A stretch of DNA of 63,644 bases, filler included, from Olpidium bornovanus S191 (GCA_017911155.1; 27 parts of 27 records of this genome joined end to end with filler, not necessarily neighbours in it); one strand, 5' to 3'. Positions 13,401 through 27,264 are shown, numbered from the whole stretch's first letter. Numbers and translations are program-made. The notes: generated by a model from the sequence alone, not told the origin.

Positions 13401-14509
13401 GTCGTATTTCAATGTACCCTTGCGTGGTTCTCGTTGCGTGGTTCCCGGGCCCACCAAAAACCAAAAAAAACAAACACCTCGGAAACCCCGCCCCGCCCCG
13501 CCCCGCCCGTCACTTTTTCTCCTTTTAGCAAGGTTTGAACATGGAGGCTGACTTCGAAACCACACCACCAAACACACAGGTACCTACCCAAGCCGGTTTA
13601 ATGCTCGTTCAAAAGGCCTTGTCGAAGCCTTTAAAACGAGTCTAAAACCAGAAGGCGCGGGGAAGCTCAGAGGACGAAGGTGCAACGCAGGTTCAGAGGA
13701 AGGGAGCAAAACGGGGTTCGCGGAAAATGAAAAGCTCGGAAGCCAAAAATGAGTCGCCAAAAACCAGAGCGGCCGGGAACGGCCATGTGACTGGACTGCA
13801 CGCAAAACCAGAGGAAATGTGATAGTCAAGCCGGCTTGCCTGTCCCCTGGGGGCGACTATAGCAAAGAAAACGGTAGGGCGCAGCGTTGAGCAGGTTGGG
13901 TGGTGTGAGAAACCAAAAGCGGGGAATAGGATACCAGAAGGGGATTCAAAATACCAATGATGGAAAGAAGGTGACGGGCCGTTGCCACGGGGAACCGAGT
14001 TGCTGGAACTACGCGTAGCCCCCTCACAACGATATAGAAATTTTTTCTCGTTTCCTTCCTCCCGCCATCAGAAACTTTTTCTCCCCACTCCTCTCCCGAA
14101 TAGAACGATCACCGAATGCGCCGCAGCGAAACGGCGATCCGACGAATAAACGGCCCTGTGCCGCCTTTAGAGTCCTGCCTTTTTTCCTTAATAGCGGCGG
14201 AAACACGGAACGAAACTCTTAGCGGCAAATACGCGGGGAGGGAAAGGGAACAAGACAGCAACGAGGAGGGCGAGGAAGAGAGGGAGTGCGGTGGTTGATA
14301 GACCGCCCCGAAGCGGAAGTTGACGTTGAAGGCCGGGCAACACCGAGGGGAAATTGTGGCGCTCGCGGCGAGCGGGGACACGAAGAAACTCGTGAGCCAA
14401 AAGAGCGTTACGAAAAACCAGAATACGAGGAAGGGGGACCTTCGATCACGTGCTGCACCGTGACTGCCGAAACAAGCTCGTCAGTCCCGGGGGGGCAGCT
14501 GTTGTGAAG

Positions 14510-14660
14510 CGAGAAGCTCGAGGGGAGTGGGCGTATGGGGGAAGAGTGGCGGAATTCAAATCTGCTACAGAGAGAACCAAAGTCGCAGTATTAAAATTCC
14601 AAGGCGCCACCAAAGAATGGGATGATGGACTGGCCTGACAGCAAGGCTGCCGGAGAAGGA
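14510..14660 (+). mobile_element. Possible degenerate LTR-retrotransposon gag remnant
   Basis: RTKVAVLKFQGATKEWD loosely resembles the retrotransposon gag motif KVxxAxxxLxGxAxxWW; frame interrupted by stops. Weak. Confidence 0.25.
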
Positions 14661-16009
14661 GTGTTACGCGTTGTGGTTCGGCATACGTACGGTCTCCCCA
14701 AACAGAAACCAAAAAATTTTCCCCCCTCCTCGTACATTCCGTAACGACTCCCCAAACGCCCACGCGCTGCAAAAACTTCGTAGGGTAGAACGAACATGTC
14801 CACGAGCGGCGTGAGAACCGTAGAGCGGAACGAACCACAGGAAAAGTAAGAGCGAAAGAGAGAAAGAGAGAAGAAGAGGAAACTTGAGAGAACTGGAATT
14901 CAGAGACCGAGCATTGGAGTTTTGGGTGGAAAAACTGGAACAAGAACTCTCTAGAAGGCCTGGCGCCGCCTGTCTACAACTGCTCGCCTATTTTCCCAAA
15001 AACGCCAGTACCGGCCCCATAACATGGGATATTACAGAATATTTCTAAGCCTGGCACCAGTACCGGAGCCGCAATACTGGATATTACGCACTAGTATGGT
15101 ATCGCGCACCGGTACGCGCCACACTATTGAGATCACATACCGTATGACCACGCCAACGCCGGCATTAGGCTGCGCCTATATAAAGGGCTATGCCCTACGT
15201 ACTTTTAGACGTAGAACGAGCACACATCATAGAACACGCACCCATTCCAGAACACAAAATCCCTGACCCAGATCCAGATCCAGATTCTAGAGCCAGACTC
15301 GTGTATTTACTATCTGCAGATAACGTACCGCACGGGTTGGGTAATACACTTGTTACACTAACGAGTACGGTAAACTCGGTGGAGTCTGCCGAGTCTGAAG
15401 TTGGGCAGGGAGCTACGGAACGGGAAGGGCGCTATTTATGCCAGCTAATCGCGCGGCGGGGCTGAACAGCAGCAGAGCCCGTTCCTCACCCGCACGGTTG
15501 CGGGCGAGGTCGCGGTTCCTTTCCCGTGCAGTCGTGGTTCCCACGCGGGGCTCCGTGTTCGTGCGGTTACGTGCGAGGGCAGTCTCATTTGCCAAGGGGT
15601 GCGGTGTGGTTGGAAGTGGGGTACCGCGTGTGGCGTGGCTACAGGAGGGGGGGCTATTCTATTGATCGGGTCACGTGACCGTCCCATCTCCGCCTCCGAA
15701 TCCACCGGCCGCCGCCCCCCGCCCGCCGCCGCGCCCTCTTTGGCGTCCTCCGTGGGGGCCCTGGGGCGGCGGTCGGGGCTGTGGACTGTACCACAGCACA
15801 GACCGCCAGAACCCGTGTGGGCGCCGGGCGAAGGGTGGAGCGACGCAGCAAGGCGCGCAGCGCGCGCCGCTACATAAATAGCGCCCTTCCCTTCTCCGTT
15901 GTACCTCACACGTACCTCGGCTTACCCACTCGCTTGGACCTTATCCCCTCTGGTGTATCGTACACGTAGTTAACCCGAACCTGAATATAATGCTTCGTAC
16001 CTCGCGACC

Positions 16010-16245
16010 TCCTTTTGCAAAAGGACCTGACCGCGTCATACGAAGCGCGACTTGAATTTCCACAGTATACAAGGATGGCTGCACAAGTTTCAGCAGCGCC
16101 ACAAACTCCATGCCGTTCATATCCATGGTGAAAGTGGTTTCGGAGACATGACTGGTCTTGAGGCAGCTTTGCCGGATCTCAAGAATGTGGTAGCTCAGTA
16201 TGCTCTTCGAGATGTCTACAATATGAACAGAACTTGCAAGGTGTT
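16010..16245 (+). mobile_element. Pogo/Tigger (Tc1/mariner superfamily) transposase remnant
   Basis: FHSIQGWLHKFQQRHKLHAVHIHGESGFGD...LKNVVAQYALRDVYNMNRT matches the CENP-B-type HTH consensus FxASxGWLxxFKxRH...HGES...YxxxDIYNxDET; frameshifted upstream and the first catalytic Asp motif is degraded. Confidence 0.85.
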
Positions 16246-17563
16246 AATTTTTGAAACGTGTTGTGGGTGGTGTGGTTCCGTGAAGGTTTCTTGTGTTTAT
16301 TAGAAGACGGGGGTGCCAGGGGCTTTACGTACTGGGGCCCCCCTCAATTGGGGGGCCGAACAATGGGGGGAAGCGGGTGGTACGTCGAGGAAGCGGGCGG
16401 TACATTGAGGTCGAGCGAGGGGCATTGAGGTCGAGCGATACATCGAGGAATGTTCGGTTAAGGCATCAGGGCGAACATCGAAGGGATGAACGAGCGGTAC
16501 ATCGATGGGGTAATGGAGGGTCCACTACAAACGTTTTGTGGCCATGGCTTTGTGCTCATCTGCCATACAGCTCTTTTTTATAGCATGGCTCCTGTTGTCT
16601 CAACACCGTATCGTAAAAGCTTTTCTTTCGAAGAACCTGTTGAAGGGTTCTTCAAAGGACGAGCTGGTGGCAATCAATGCACTCTCTGTTGCGCCAGTAT
16701 CACCCATACCGACTTTATTCCAATGCGCTCTCTGTAGCGCCCATAACGACTTCCCTCTGATGTACCCATCGAAGCGCCCGCCTCGGTGGGCTAGACGGCT
16801 TCCTTGAGGAAGAATAAAAACCCCCTCGGGGAGTGCACCCACAGGTGAATTCGCGCTTCGCCCTCACCTGAACACAACAATAAGAAAACAAACGTTTTCC
16901 CTTCCAGCTCCGCCCGTCGCTCCCAGCTCACGCTCCCCGGCCCCCCTCCTACGCTTCCGGCTCGGCTTCCGCAACTGTGTGCCTTACCACCATCGTGTAG
17001 CTCATCGTGCCCTCCGGCAACTTCAGTTTGGTCTCCGTACTGTTATCACCACCCAGACTACTCTTGATTCCTGGCTTCAGTAGTTTCCTTCCCTTGAATT
17101 CAGGTTTTTCATCACTCTTCCACCTATACAAAAGTGCTTTGTTTAGATTTCTGCCTTGCAATAACTAGAAATTATCCCTCTAATATGGGATAATGTGGCC
17201 TTTTGGGTATTCCGTATTCCGTATTCCATAGCGACCATAAAACTGGGTCAGTGGAAATGATATTCCATTCCGAGCAGAGGATATTCCATACAGGAAGATT
17301 CCATATCAGAGGGAAGACTGTATATCTCTTTTTGCTTAGCGCAAAAAATTTTGTTCTTAGTAGACGGGAATCTTTATATTGGAAACAGGGGAAAATAAAA
17401 CGGTGGCAGATGTTCTCAATATGCCACTGAAAAGACGGGTACGGCGTATCATCACTCTTGCGACTTTCCTTTGAAACCCCTTAGCCTCGCGGCCACACCG
17501 CGGATACCGCTTTCGGCGGCCAAATTGTCCGTCGCGGGCGTGACCTGCTCCGGGCCGACCTCC

Positions 17564-20500
17564 TCACTTTCGGCAGCCAGGGCGCCAGCGAGAGCGATGG
17601 CGCCTTCTGCGGCGCTTTTTGACAACTCCGCCCCCGACGGCCGCCGCTTGCCGGCTGTGTCGCTCTCGACCGCCGGACCGACCCGCCTGGGGAAGGAAGG
17701 CCAACGTTGCCTGTGAGTCGTTTACCGCTCGTAGCACAATCGCCGGGAAGCCAAAAAATATTGTTGGAGGTGGGTGTTACACTCACCAGATGAGCCATCC
17801 GCCGTAGCACCACAGCCAGAATTTTGCCGACAGCACCGCGGCCCAGGGCCCGTAAAACGCGCCCATCAGGAGGCTCCCTGACAGGACGTACAGAAACACG
17901 CCCGCCGCCGCCGCCTTGACGTACCACCGGGTATGTAAAGTCCTGGCCCGCCGCGGGTTCATCCGGCAATACATGAGCTCCGATGGCGTGGCGCGGAAGC
18001 TCAGGTAGGCCACAAGGAGGCCAAGCTGCTTTCGGCAATACCGAAAGGCATCGGAGCAAGATAAGGGACTCTTATGGGGCTAACAAAGAAATACGGGGAA
18101 AAATCAAACCGAGGTTGAACCCCACGCACGTCATAGGTCACGGCAAAGGCGATGTACGTCCATGAGTCCGTTAGCGGTATCCATTTGCCATCGATGTACA
18201 GTCCGTACAGGTACATGGTGCCCCATCCGGCCGTTCCCGCTGACGGCACGAAATCCCCAGCGATCCAGGGACCGACGACAATGTACAGGCAAAAAGCCAT
18301 TAGTCCGTAGAAGGCCTCAGGAACGGCAGCGAGGAGGCAAAACCGCAGAACGTTCGCTGTCACAAAGTGCTGTTCGATGAACGGAAAATCCAGACGACTC
18401 AATTCGATGCCGATTATACCCGCCCCTGCAAACCGGGTTGCGCACCTGTAACTTGTACCAGGCCTTGCGCACGGGTGAAGACACGACTGACGTCTGCAGG
18501 GATCGCGTGTCCAGGCTGATAAGTGCTGCAGCCTTTGCCGCCTTCCACGCCTGGTATTTACCACTGGAGATGAGCCACGTGACGTGCAGCTTCGGTATCA
18601 GGAGGAAACCTAACGTAACAACTAGGTATGAAACAAGGAACATTTTCCTGAACTTTAATCCAGGCCCAAAAACGGCCGTCAGACGATGGAAATTACGACC
18701 GTAAACAGAGGCATTTCTTCAAGTTCCGGTCCATACCAGCTTGTTAAAATTCGTCGATATAATCCACTCGCCTGGTCCGCCGTGCAGCGGCAGCAGCTTG
18801 CCGTCCACTCGGAAGGGAACATCCAGCCTCGCTTCCCGCCCATCGGCGTCTGTTGCCTCGACGACGAGCATATGTTCCCTCCCGTCGTCATACTGCTGCG
18901 GTTGCCATGCCACGGTCCAAAGCGGCACGCGCTCGACGTCCTTCTCCAAATCTGCATCGGTCACGCCCATTCGCAGCGCGCCAACGACGGGCCGCCGCCT
19001 CACGAACGACCTGTCCACGGGTATGCTTTCTAGCCGCCGAGCATCAATCGACACCCGGACTGCCTCCACCTTCGAGTTCGACCAGATGAGAATCCTAATA
19101 TGCGTGCTTTTCGAGATCCGGCCCAGGGGCTCGTGGTGCGAAAGGACGAAGCGGCCGTCCTTGGGGTTGGTGACTTGGATAATGGGCGGTGACGGTATTG
19201 CTAAATCGTTCAAAACGGTAAGTTAGCCCAGCGTGCAGAATCTAAAGGTCTAAGGTGCAGCAGGGCTCGTGAAAATCACCAGGAGGAAGGACAAGCTGCG
19301 CTTTGACGGGATCCCACTCAGTGTAATTGTGCCAGGCCGGCAAAATAGGCAGCGGAAGTGTGATATCTCTGAATGAAATCTGCGATAATCGCGAGATATC
19401 AACATTCAGAAGAGATCTCATGACCCGCCAACGTGACGAACGTACCATGTCATGATCGACAGTGACAATGCGGTACGTGCCATGCTCCTTCAGATCCGCC
19501 AATTCCTACCCAGCGGTGGAGGCAACTTCAGCAACGGATCGCCCGAACCGCTGGTAGATCCAAAGGAAAATTGCATCGAACGAGCTCACCAGCTCAAGGA
19601 AATTTGTCGGCTTGTGCGCGTAAAGCTGCTTGCCTAATCCTAGTATGCGGACAACACGCTGAGCACGGACAGAAATAACGCATCTATTCAAGAGATCACC
19701 AACCTAAAAACAATTTGTGAAGGTGGCTGGCAAGAAACATTGTCGTTTTAATGAAAATTCAAAGTACGACACGCGTCGCCACGGCAGACCACGTCGCCAG
19801 CAATCTCCACTCACCCACATATGAACAAGCTGACTCGATGCGAAAGCTCGTCAAAACTCGCGCCGCTGCTCGACATCCCAAAATGGATGTTTCCGACCGG
19901 ATAGTGCGCCAACAGGAACGTGTGATTTGAGTCTTTCATGAGAGCATCTTCTAAATTGTCCATATCTTCACTGTACAGAGGTTAGAAATGCTCAGCTCAA
20001 AAATCAAAACTATTTGGTCTAGGTGATTCACGACAAGCCGTACCTATTCACATAAGAAAAGAAATCTTTAAGCGGCGCCATCGGAAGGCGCAGAATTCAA
20101 GTCAGGTCAGGCTCATTACAATTTCTCGGCAAGCCGATATGCGATGACGCACTGAATGGCCGGCATGGTCCTTTGTGCGGGCTAAAGTCAAAATGTTGTT
20201 AGAGCAGAACTGGGCCAAGCAATTCTATTGCCAGACTTGGTGCACACCATGCGTCTAGTCCGACAAAGCGGTACTTTCCGAAACGAAAATTTAAGTCATA
20301 GGTGTAACCCTTGGATTTTAATACGCCGTACGTCTTCCACAAGTTTTCGTCGCTCTCCCAGCTCGCGACGCTAATAAAAAAGAAGAACGTAAATACGAGT
20401 GGAATCTTAAAACCCTCTTTGCCCGTTTGTTGAACCCTCACGTGCGTCCACGTCGCAGACACGCATAAACCTACTTAAACGTGTCGTGGTTTCCACGCAT

Positions 20501-21290
20501 GTCCAGCCAAAAGTCGCTGGTGCGGTTAACTGCGCCTGCGATCCGCAAGGCCTCTGCGTACAACTGCCACTCGACACGAAACCTGGGACCCTCCGAAAGC
20601 GCGAGGTTGGAGACCCGTCGTTGAATTCGCCGTTTGCGTGCGAACAAAGACGGAAGCTTTTATTCTCACGCACTGCAGGGAGTGCAATTTTGACTTGGAC
20701 TTCGCGTCAGTCAGATCGCCCGTCGCGGTGACCTGGTCGAGGGCGAAGCAGGGTGAGACCGCCGTTGACGCACGTCCGAGTGACGAGAGAGACCTGGAGA
20801 CTTACGAAAGCCGGGCTGATGAGGGGCAGAACGGATGACAAGAAGTGCAGGAAATGACCAGACGCGCCCCTCCGGAAAAAGCGGCTGACATGGAGATCAC
20901 TGATCTGGGTAGGCGGCGCAGGCAGGAAATACTGGGATCAGAGAGCAGGTTTTCTCCCTCCCTCCTTCCCCTCCTCCCCCATTGCCACCCCGCTTCCCTC
21001 TCCCTCCCTCGGTTCCAAATCGAACGCGCCGTCATGGGCGGCCCACGCACGTGCACGAAGCTGAAAACGTTGTCCATTGCGTCTCCGATGATAAGGTCGC
21101 CGGGCTCCCCGCCGCTTTGCGCCCGCCTCGGCTCCGGAATGTGCCGACGCCCGGCGGCGCCGCCGTCATCCGGGTAAAGCGAGCTCAAGGCGCTCTGGTT
21201 CAAGGAGTAACCCCTCCACCAGCACAGCAGCGTGACAGGCACGAGCAGGAACACGAGCAGCGCCTCCAGCCGGCTTCTGCGAGAACCCAT
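17564..21290 (-). CDS. TMEM62: TMEM62-like calcineurin-type metallophosphoesterase with C-terminal TM segments, multi-exon
   Basis: N-terminal TM (LEALLVFLLVPVTLLCWW); ISDLHVSRF and VTGDLTDAK metallophosphoesterase motifs; YRIVTVDHDM|ISFRD; LWTVAWQPQQYDDGREHMLVVEATDADG; hydrophobic C-terminal exons. Same order as TMEM62 orthologues. Confidence 0.85.
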
Positions 21291-23387
21291 GGTCCGGGGC
21301 GGGCGGGCGCGTCCTGGGGTGGGGGCGGGGCCGCTCGCCGCTCTCTATCTCTCTCTCTCTCTTTCTCTTTCGTTCTCTCTCGTTCTTTCTGAGTCCCGAC
21401 CGACTCCCGCCTCTGCCGGTTTGGGGTATGCGCGGATGAACAAAAAAAAAAATGTTCCCTCAGGAGTAAACTACACAACCCGGAATTCTACGCACAACGG
21501 CTGGAATCCGCGCCCATTTGGCCTCAAAACTGGTATCGCGGACAACGACAACGTCAGAGTCACGGCAACACACGAAGACGTGAACAGCGTGCTCGGCAAC
21601 GGTGACTCTGCTGTAATCGATCAAAAAAAAACTCAGGTGTTGCCGCGGCAGCATCTTGTGACGGCAGCATCGTGCCCAATATGCGATGGTTAGTTTAGAA
21701 CGATCAGCATGCCTGCGGAATCAGTGGCTCATTGCGCAGAAGGAAGTGTATGCGGTGTGTGTCGAAAGCAAAACTCAATCGGAGATAAACCCGCAGGTCA
21801 GCAAGTGAGTGGACAGGTATTGCGCAGTGGCCAAAAAAACAAAAAACCGTGGGGGGGGGGGAGACCGACAAGTAATTAACGCTGGTGACTTTCTGAAGGA
21901 GAGAATGGCTTAAGAGCATTCACGAGCGAATCCGTAATGAGTTAAACAGCAAGCAGTACAGAGGCTACTTTAGTGAGGAAGTTGACCGCCGGCTCTGGCC
22001 GGGTATAATCACCACGTCGAGCAACGCGACCCATTGCCCAGACGATGAAGAAACAGGAAGCAACAGGGATTTTTTGCTGTGGCCGATCGTCAAACGGTCG
22101 GCTTGCATCTCTTCGTGTTCGTTGAGTTTGCAGTATCCTGACGGTGCTGCGCGCCAATGTGTGGAAGTTGCCGTCCCTAACGTTTTTTCCGTGCGTATGA
22201 AGGCAATGGCAAGGATTTCCGCAGTTGGCGCAACCACATGGTGCTCGCAGCCCCTTCGAGTCTTTTGTTTTCCGATTACTCTATGCTGCCCGTGTGGTTT
22301 TTCTCAAAAGTGGGAGATACGACGTCTAGCATCGAGGAACTGGCGGAAAGGTGTACGGACGAGCTGGTCGAGTTTATCGTGACCAAAGATCTGCAGATTG
22401 CGAGAATGAGGTGTCTTTTGTGCGGTTACTTTCATTTTTGTTACTTTTCTTCCTTTATAGCCCGCTGGCGTTGTCGTGTGTGCTCGCCGTGACGTGTTCC
22501 GTGCCTGCAAAATATCGTGAATGCCGTTCCCATTTTTCCAAGCTTTGTATGCCATTCAATGGGGGTCGTTGTCGTCCGGCAAGCTCTCGGCGGACCCCGG
22601 CTAGACGCCTGGAAGCCGACGCTGGACCTCTTCTTTCTCGCTCGGCTCTCTGCATCTCGGCCTTCGGCACTGCAGGAACGGCCTGTTGTCCCGTTCGCTT
22701 TGGGCGCTGAGGACGCTCCGGATGTCAAAGTGCGTGCGAGAGCTGACATTGGACGACCGACCGCCAAAAGCGACCGCGAAAGGGCACGGAGCGGCACCGG
22801 CCGTTCCCCGCGGAGTGCGGTCTTCTCTGGTGTACAGGCTTAGCGACTCTGTCGGTTTCCTGCATTTCCGCCGAGTCGTGGTCGTCGCCGGCCTCCGCGA
22901 CCGCTACGTCCCCTTCTCATCGGCGCGGGTGGAGGAGATGTCTGGACAGAAGTATGGTACGGGAGTATCTGCCGGGAGACGGCGAAATGGGAAAGGGCAT
23001 ATGAGCCGGTTGACATTAAGGTTCTGCCCCCCCCCCNNNNNNNNNNNNNNNNNNNNNNNNNNNNNNNNNNNNNNNNNNNNTTAATTAATTAANNNNNNNN
23101 NNNNNNNNNNNNNNNNNNNNNNNNNNNNNNNNNNNNAGGCATCTAATAACAAGCAGAAATTTCAAAAGCAAAGTCAATTTTCTTTTTGTTTTGTCTCAAA
23201 ACAAACTCGCAGCATTTTCGTGAAGAACCCGAGCTCCGTTTTTTTTTTTTTTTTTTTCCTGACCATAAAAAACGCAAGATATTCAGAGAGAAATTTGGCG
23301 GTTCCACGTAAACACGTTTTGCGGGTTCAATTCTGGCAGGCGTGCTGACGAAAGGAAATAAGGCGGCTGCTCGTCACCTATAGGGAA

Positions 23388-23885
23388 ATGCACGTTACCC
23401 AAATCAACAACCATACCAGGGTAGACCTCAACAGACAAGGTGTGACCTGTCGGAAATCCACGCCCCGTGCCGCGGCGCATAAAAGGATCAATGACTGCAG
23501 GGACGTAGAGGTACTCGAAAAACCGCGACGCCAACCCCGACGTGCACAAGAAGACGCCCAGCGGCAGCATCAAGGGAACGCGGAGCTCGAACGAGATCTC
23601 GACGAGATCCTCGAAGAAGTCGTTTTCAACGGGAGTGACGATGAGCAAGGAATTATCGTACCCGACCCTGCTGCGATCGAGGAGCGCAGCGGCACGCGGA
23701 ATAAGGCCGGGAATCGCGACGGGACAACACATTTCGATGCGAACACCGGCATCAACCCTGATGCGGAAGGGACGCTCGACGCGTCGGTACACAATCTGTA
23801 CCAGCAATGCAACGGAATCCGACAAACCGCCGGTTCGACGAGACCGACACCGCCATTTCAGCAAAGGCGACTGCAAAGACGCTAA
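23388..23885 (+). CDS. Hypothetical ORF, no recognised family
   Basis: 165-codon ORF with protein-like charged composition (ELERDLDEILEEVVFNGSDDEQG); possibly TE-derived. Confidence 0.25.
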   Translation: MHVTQINNHTRVDLNRQGVTCRKSTPRAAAHKRINDCRDVEVLEKPRRQPRRAQEDAQRQHQGNAELERDLDEILEEVVFNGSDDEQGIIVPDPAAIEERSGTRNKAGNRDGTTHFDANTGINPDAEGTLDASVHNLYQQCNGIRQTAGSTRPTPPFQQRRLQRR

Positions 23886-25749
23886 TCTCAAAGGCACCAA
23901 ACCTGTAGGGGATCTTCCGCCACACCGATCTTGCCCAACCAACGGAGCGTGAAGTCGAATCAGCGCTGGAAGAAGGGAAAGGAACGTCATTGGTGATAGC
24001 GCAGTTCGCTGGCAGCCGGTACTCCGACCGACCGCCCGGCCTTTGCTCCCGGGGACGCCTACCGCATCGATTACCCTCGAGGCTCTGCCGGGTGCTGGAC
24101 GGCCTTCACCGAGCTCAAGACCACGCCATACGACGAGTTTCCCCGCACGCGAAAGTCGAGCCGCTGCTCGACCCAATCTCAAAGTGCTACCCGCAACCCC
24201 GAGAAGCGCACCACCCGACTTCCACGCACACTGCTGTCAAGTTCCTGCATCTTAAAGCGAGGAGGCGTGGCGGCCGGCCTTCATTAGCGGCCTGGCCGGC
24301 GAAAAGTAACGCCGCGCGCCCCTCGTGGCCACAACTTGACAACCCGCAATCAAATGTCAAGCGCACAAACGAGACCGCCCGGCGTGACCACAGCGCACCA
24401 CGGGCAACTCGACCAAAACAGTCGCGCTCCTCTGTCAGCGGCGCTGGCAACGCGGACGATTTGACGGCCCCGACTTTGACAACCCCTTCTGTGGAATTAA
24501 AAAAACTACTGGATCCGCCTTCGGAAATCGCACGCAGCTACTGCGCGGAGAAGAGCAGCGCCGCGGAAGGATTGCCGAAAAACGTCAACGAGATAAGGAC
24601 AGCGGTGGAAACCAAAAAGGCAAAAGGCCAAGACGGGCGTAACAGTTGTGGTCGCGGGACGCGGCACAGGCCGGAGTAAGGCACGCAAAGGCCGCAGCAG
24701 CAGCCGCTGGCGGGAGCAGTACCAACCGATGGTGCTGCCAACGAAAACGACGATGGAGACGACGCCAAAAACCAGCGGATCCACCAATGGGGGAGATCAC
24801 ATCGCAGCAAAGACTCCATCCGGCTTCGCTGCACTCGCTGCAACTCACGTCGCCAATGCATAGAGAACCAGATTCTTAGCATTTTAACCATTAAACTATG
24901 TCTCTATGTCTTATTGATAATAATTTTATATTGTTACATATGTTTGATCTATATTTACCGCATGACGGAGCGCTGAGTTCATTGATCAATGGTAGTGAAA
25001 GGTACCCCCCCCCTCCCTCCCCGCGGAGACGTGTCGTTTCATGCATTTATTTTTAAACGGCAATAAATTCGATCCTTCATTGGCCAGCGTCCGGATGGTG
25101 GCATCAAGCATTACTCGAGCGCTAACCAAAGCCAATATATCAGAGCTCGACACCGTTCAGCCCAACCTGGCGCACTCCTGGGACAGACGCATGGCCGCTG
25201 TAGCAAGCATTACCGTGCCGTAGTCATAGATAGTAGAACCAAAAATCACTTTATCCCGATTACAGAATGCTTTGTCGATAGCCAAAAGGATACCCACTCG
25301 ATCCGGACAGCCACTTTGAACACTCCCGCGCACTTCGGCCTAAGTTCATCAGCACCATACCGATCAATTACAAGGATACCGGCTGCCGACTGGAACTTCA
25401 AAATGCCACCCACGCCGAAAACTTCCGATTACCACCTCTTTTTGTCATCAGCGGACATGNNNNNNNNNNNNNNNNNNNNNNNNNNNNNNNNNNNNNNNNN
25501 NNNTTAATTAATTAANNNNNNNNNNNNNNNNNNNNNNNNNNNNNNNNNNNNNNNNNNNNAGGTACAGGTCACGTGCCAGTCGACGTCGAGGGCACACTAC
25601 ACTTGGCTGGAAAGCAGCTCAAGTTCAAGCTACAACGTGTAGGATAAACGCAAACCACCTGTGAGAATCCCGAAAACATGGCCCGAACTTGCTCCGGCGT
25701 GGTGCGCGTTCGCCTAAAGAGAATTACGAAGGTTTTCACGAGTCACTTA

Positions 25750-26858
25750 CAGTACCAATCTCCTGCCCGGAACGTGGAAGCACCCCCGCCACCGTGGACA
25801 CCACCGCCGTAGCCCCCACCGCCGAAACCCCCACCGCCGTAGGTCCCACCGCCGTAGGGCCCGCCGGGGTACCCCCCACCGCCGTATCCCCCGCCCTCGG
25901 CACCAAAACCGGCCGCGTACCCGCCGCCGCCCCCGCCATAACCCCCGCCCCCGTAGCCGCCACCCGCGCCGCTCTGGGTCCCGCACCGGAAGCACTGGTT
26001 CCTGGAGGCGAAGTTCATAAAATGGCACTGCAGGCAAGTCCAGTCGCCCGGCCGCGCTCCTCCGCCGTAACCGCCGTAACCGCATCCGCCGCCGCCCCCG
26101 GCTTCTCCTCCTCCGCCGCCCTCGAATCCGCCTCCGTACCCCCCTCCTCCTACACCGCCGCCTCCGTAGCCTCCTATGCGGGCGCCCTTCAACGTCCCGC
26201 AGCGCATGCACTGAGAGCGGGAGGCGAAGTTGTGAAAGTTGCACTGCGGGTTCAGGCACGCCCAGTCGCCAGGGCGGCCGCCGTCGCTCGGGACAGAGCG
26301 CTGCGGGGCGCTGGGGTCGGGGTTGGGCGTCGAGCACTTGAAGCAGTGCGACCGCGAGGCAAAGTTGTGGAACTGGCAGTTCGGACAGGACCAGTCGCCC
26401 GGACGGACGGCCTGGCAGCACGCAAGAATGTTGAGAAGGACCCAAAGGCGGAAAAAGACGATGTATTTTCAGCCAAAACAGGGCGGGGCTTGGGGGTGGG
26501 GTGGGGGGTGAAGGGGGGAGGAAAAAAAAAGCGAGAATTTGGGCGACGTTCCTCCGCGCGCGCAAGATGCGCGCCGCCCCTTCCGCACCGCCGGCGTGTG
26601 CAAGTAACGGAAACAGCTTTCGCTCGGGACCCCGCCTGCAGAACCAGACGGTCGCGCGGTGTGTCGTGGAAAAGCAATGGCGGGAAACGGGAAAGGGCGA
26701 TGCCGGGGGGACGAGCAGAAGCAAAACGAGGGGTGGCAGGAACCAGCCGGAGTAATTTGGAGCGGTCACGGCCGGGGAGGAGGAGAAGGAGGGGGGAGGA
26801 GGGGGAGGAGGGGCAGGCGGTTTCGGGCCGGCCGACGCACCTGATTTTCAAAGCTCAT
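25750..26858 (-). CDS. Gly-rich RanBP2-type zinc-finger RNA-binding protein (at least 4 fingers), 3' partial
   Basis: MSFENQ|intron|AVRPGDWSCPNCQFHNFASRSHCFKC, RPGDWACLNPQCNFHNFASRSQCMRC, RPGDWTCLQCHFMNFASRNQCFRC, RAGDWYC|, linked by GGGGY repeats. Confidence 0.9.
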
Positions 26859-26997
26859 GCTTGCGGGAGAGGGGGAGTGTCGGGAATTTTCGGCTGCTTT
26901 CTCGCTCTCTCTTTCTATCTCACTCTCTCTCTCTCTTCTCGTCTTTTCCTTGGTGGTGGTGGATGTGCGACGGCGGTTCTTGGAACGCCCGGAGAGG

Positions 26998-27033
<36 letters not shown>

Positions 27034-27226
27034 NNNNNNNNNNNNNNNNNNNNNNNNNNNNNNNNNNNNNNNNNNNNTTAATTAATTAANNNNNNNNNNN
27101 NNNNNNNNNNNNNNNNNNNNNNNNNNNNNNNNNGTCGGGATCGGAGTGGGCGAGGCAGTGGATGAGCGCTTTCATTCCGCCGTGTTTCCTGATCTCCACT
27201 TTGTTGGCGACTTTTTTTTTCGGCCG

Positions 27227-27264
<38 letters not shown>

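Noticed and set aside
22441-22797. Mitochondrially targeted protein (MPLRALSRSLLAVGRPM...)
   Set aside because: Presequence-like start, but no recognisable downstream domain or consistent frame.
25041-25459. DRVGILLAIDKAF as an AMP-binding enzyme or RT motif
   Set aside because: Too short and surrounded by stops; cannot be assigned.
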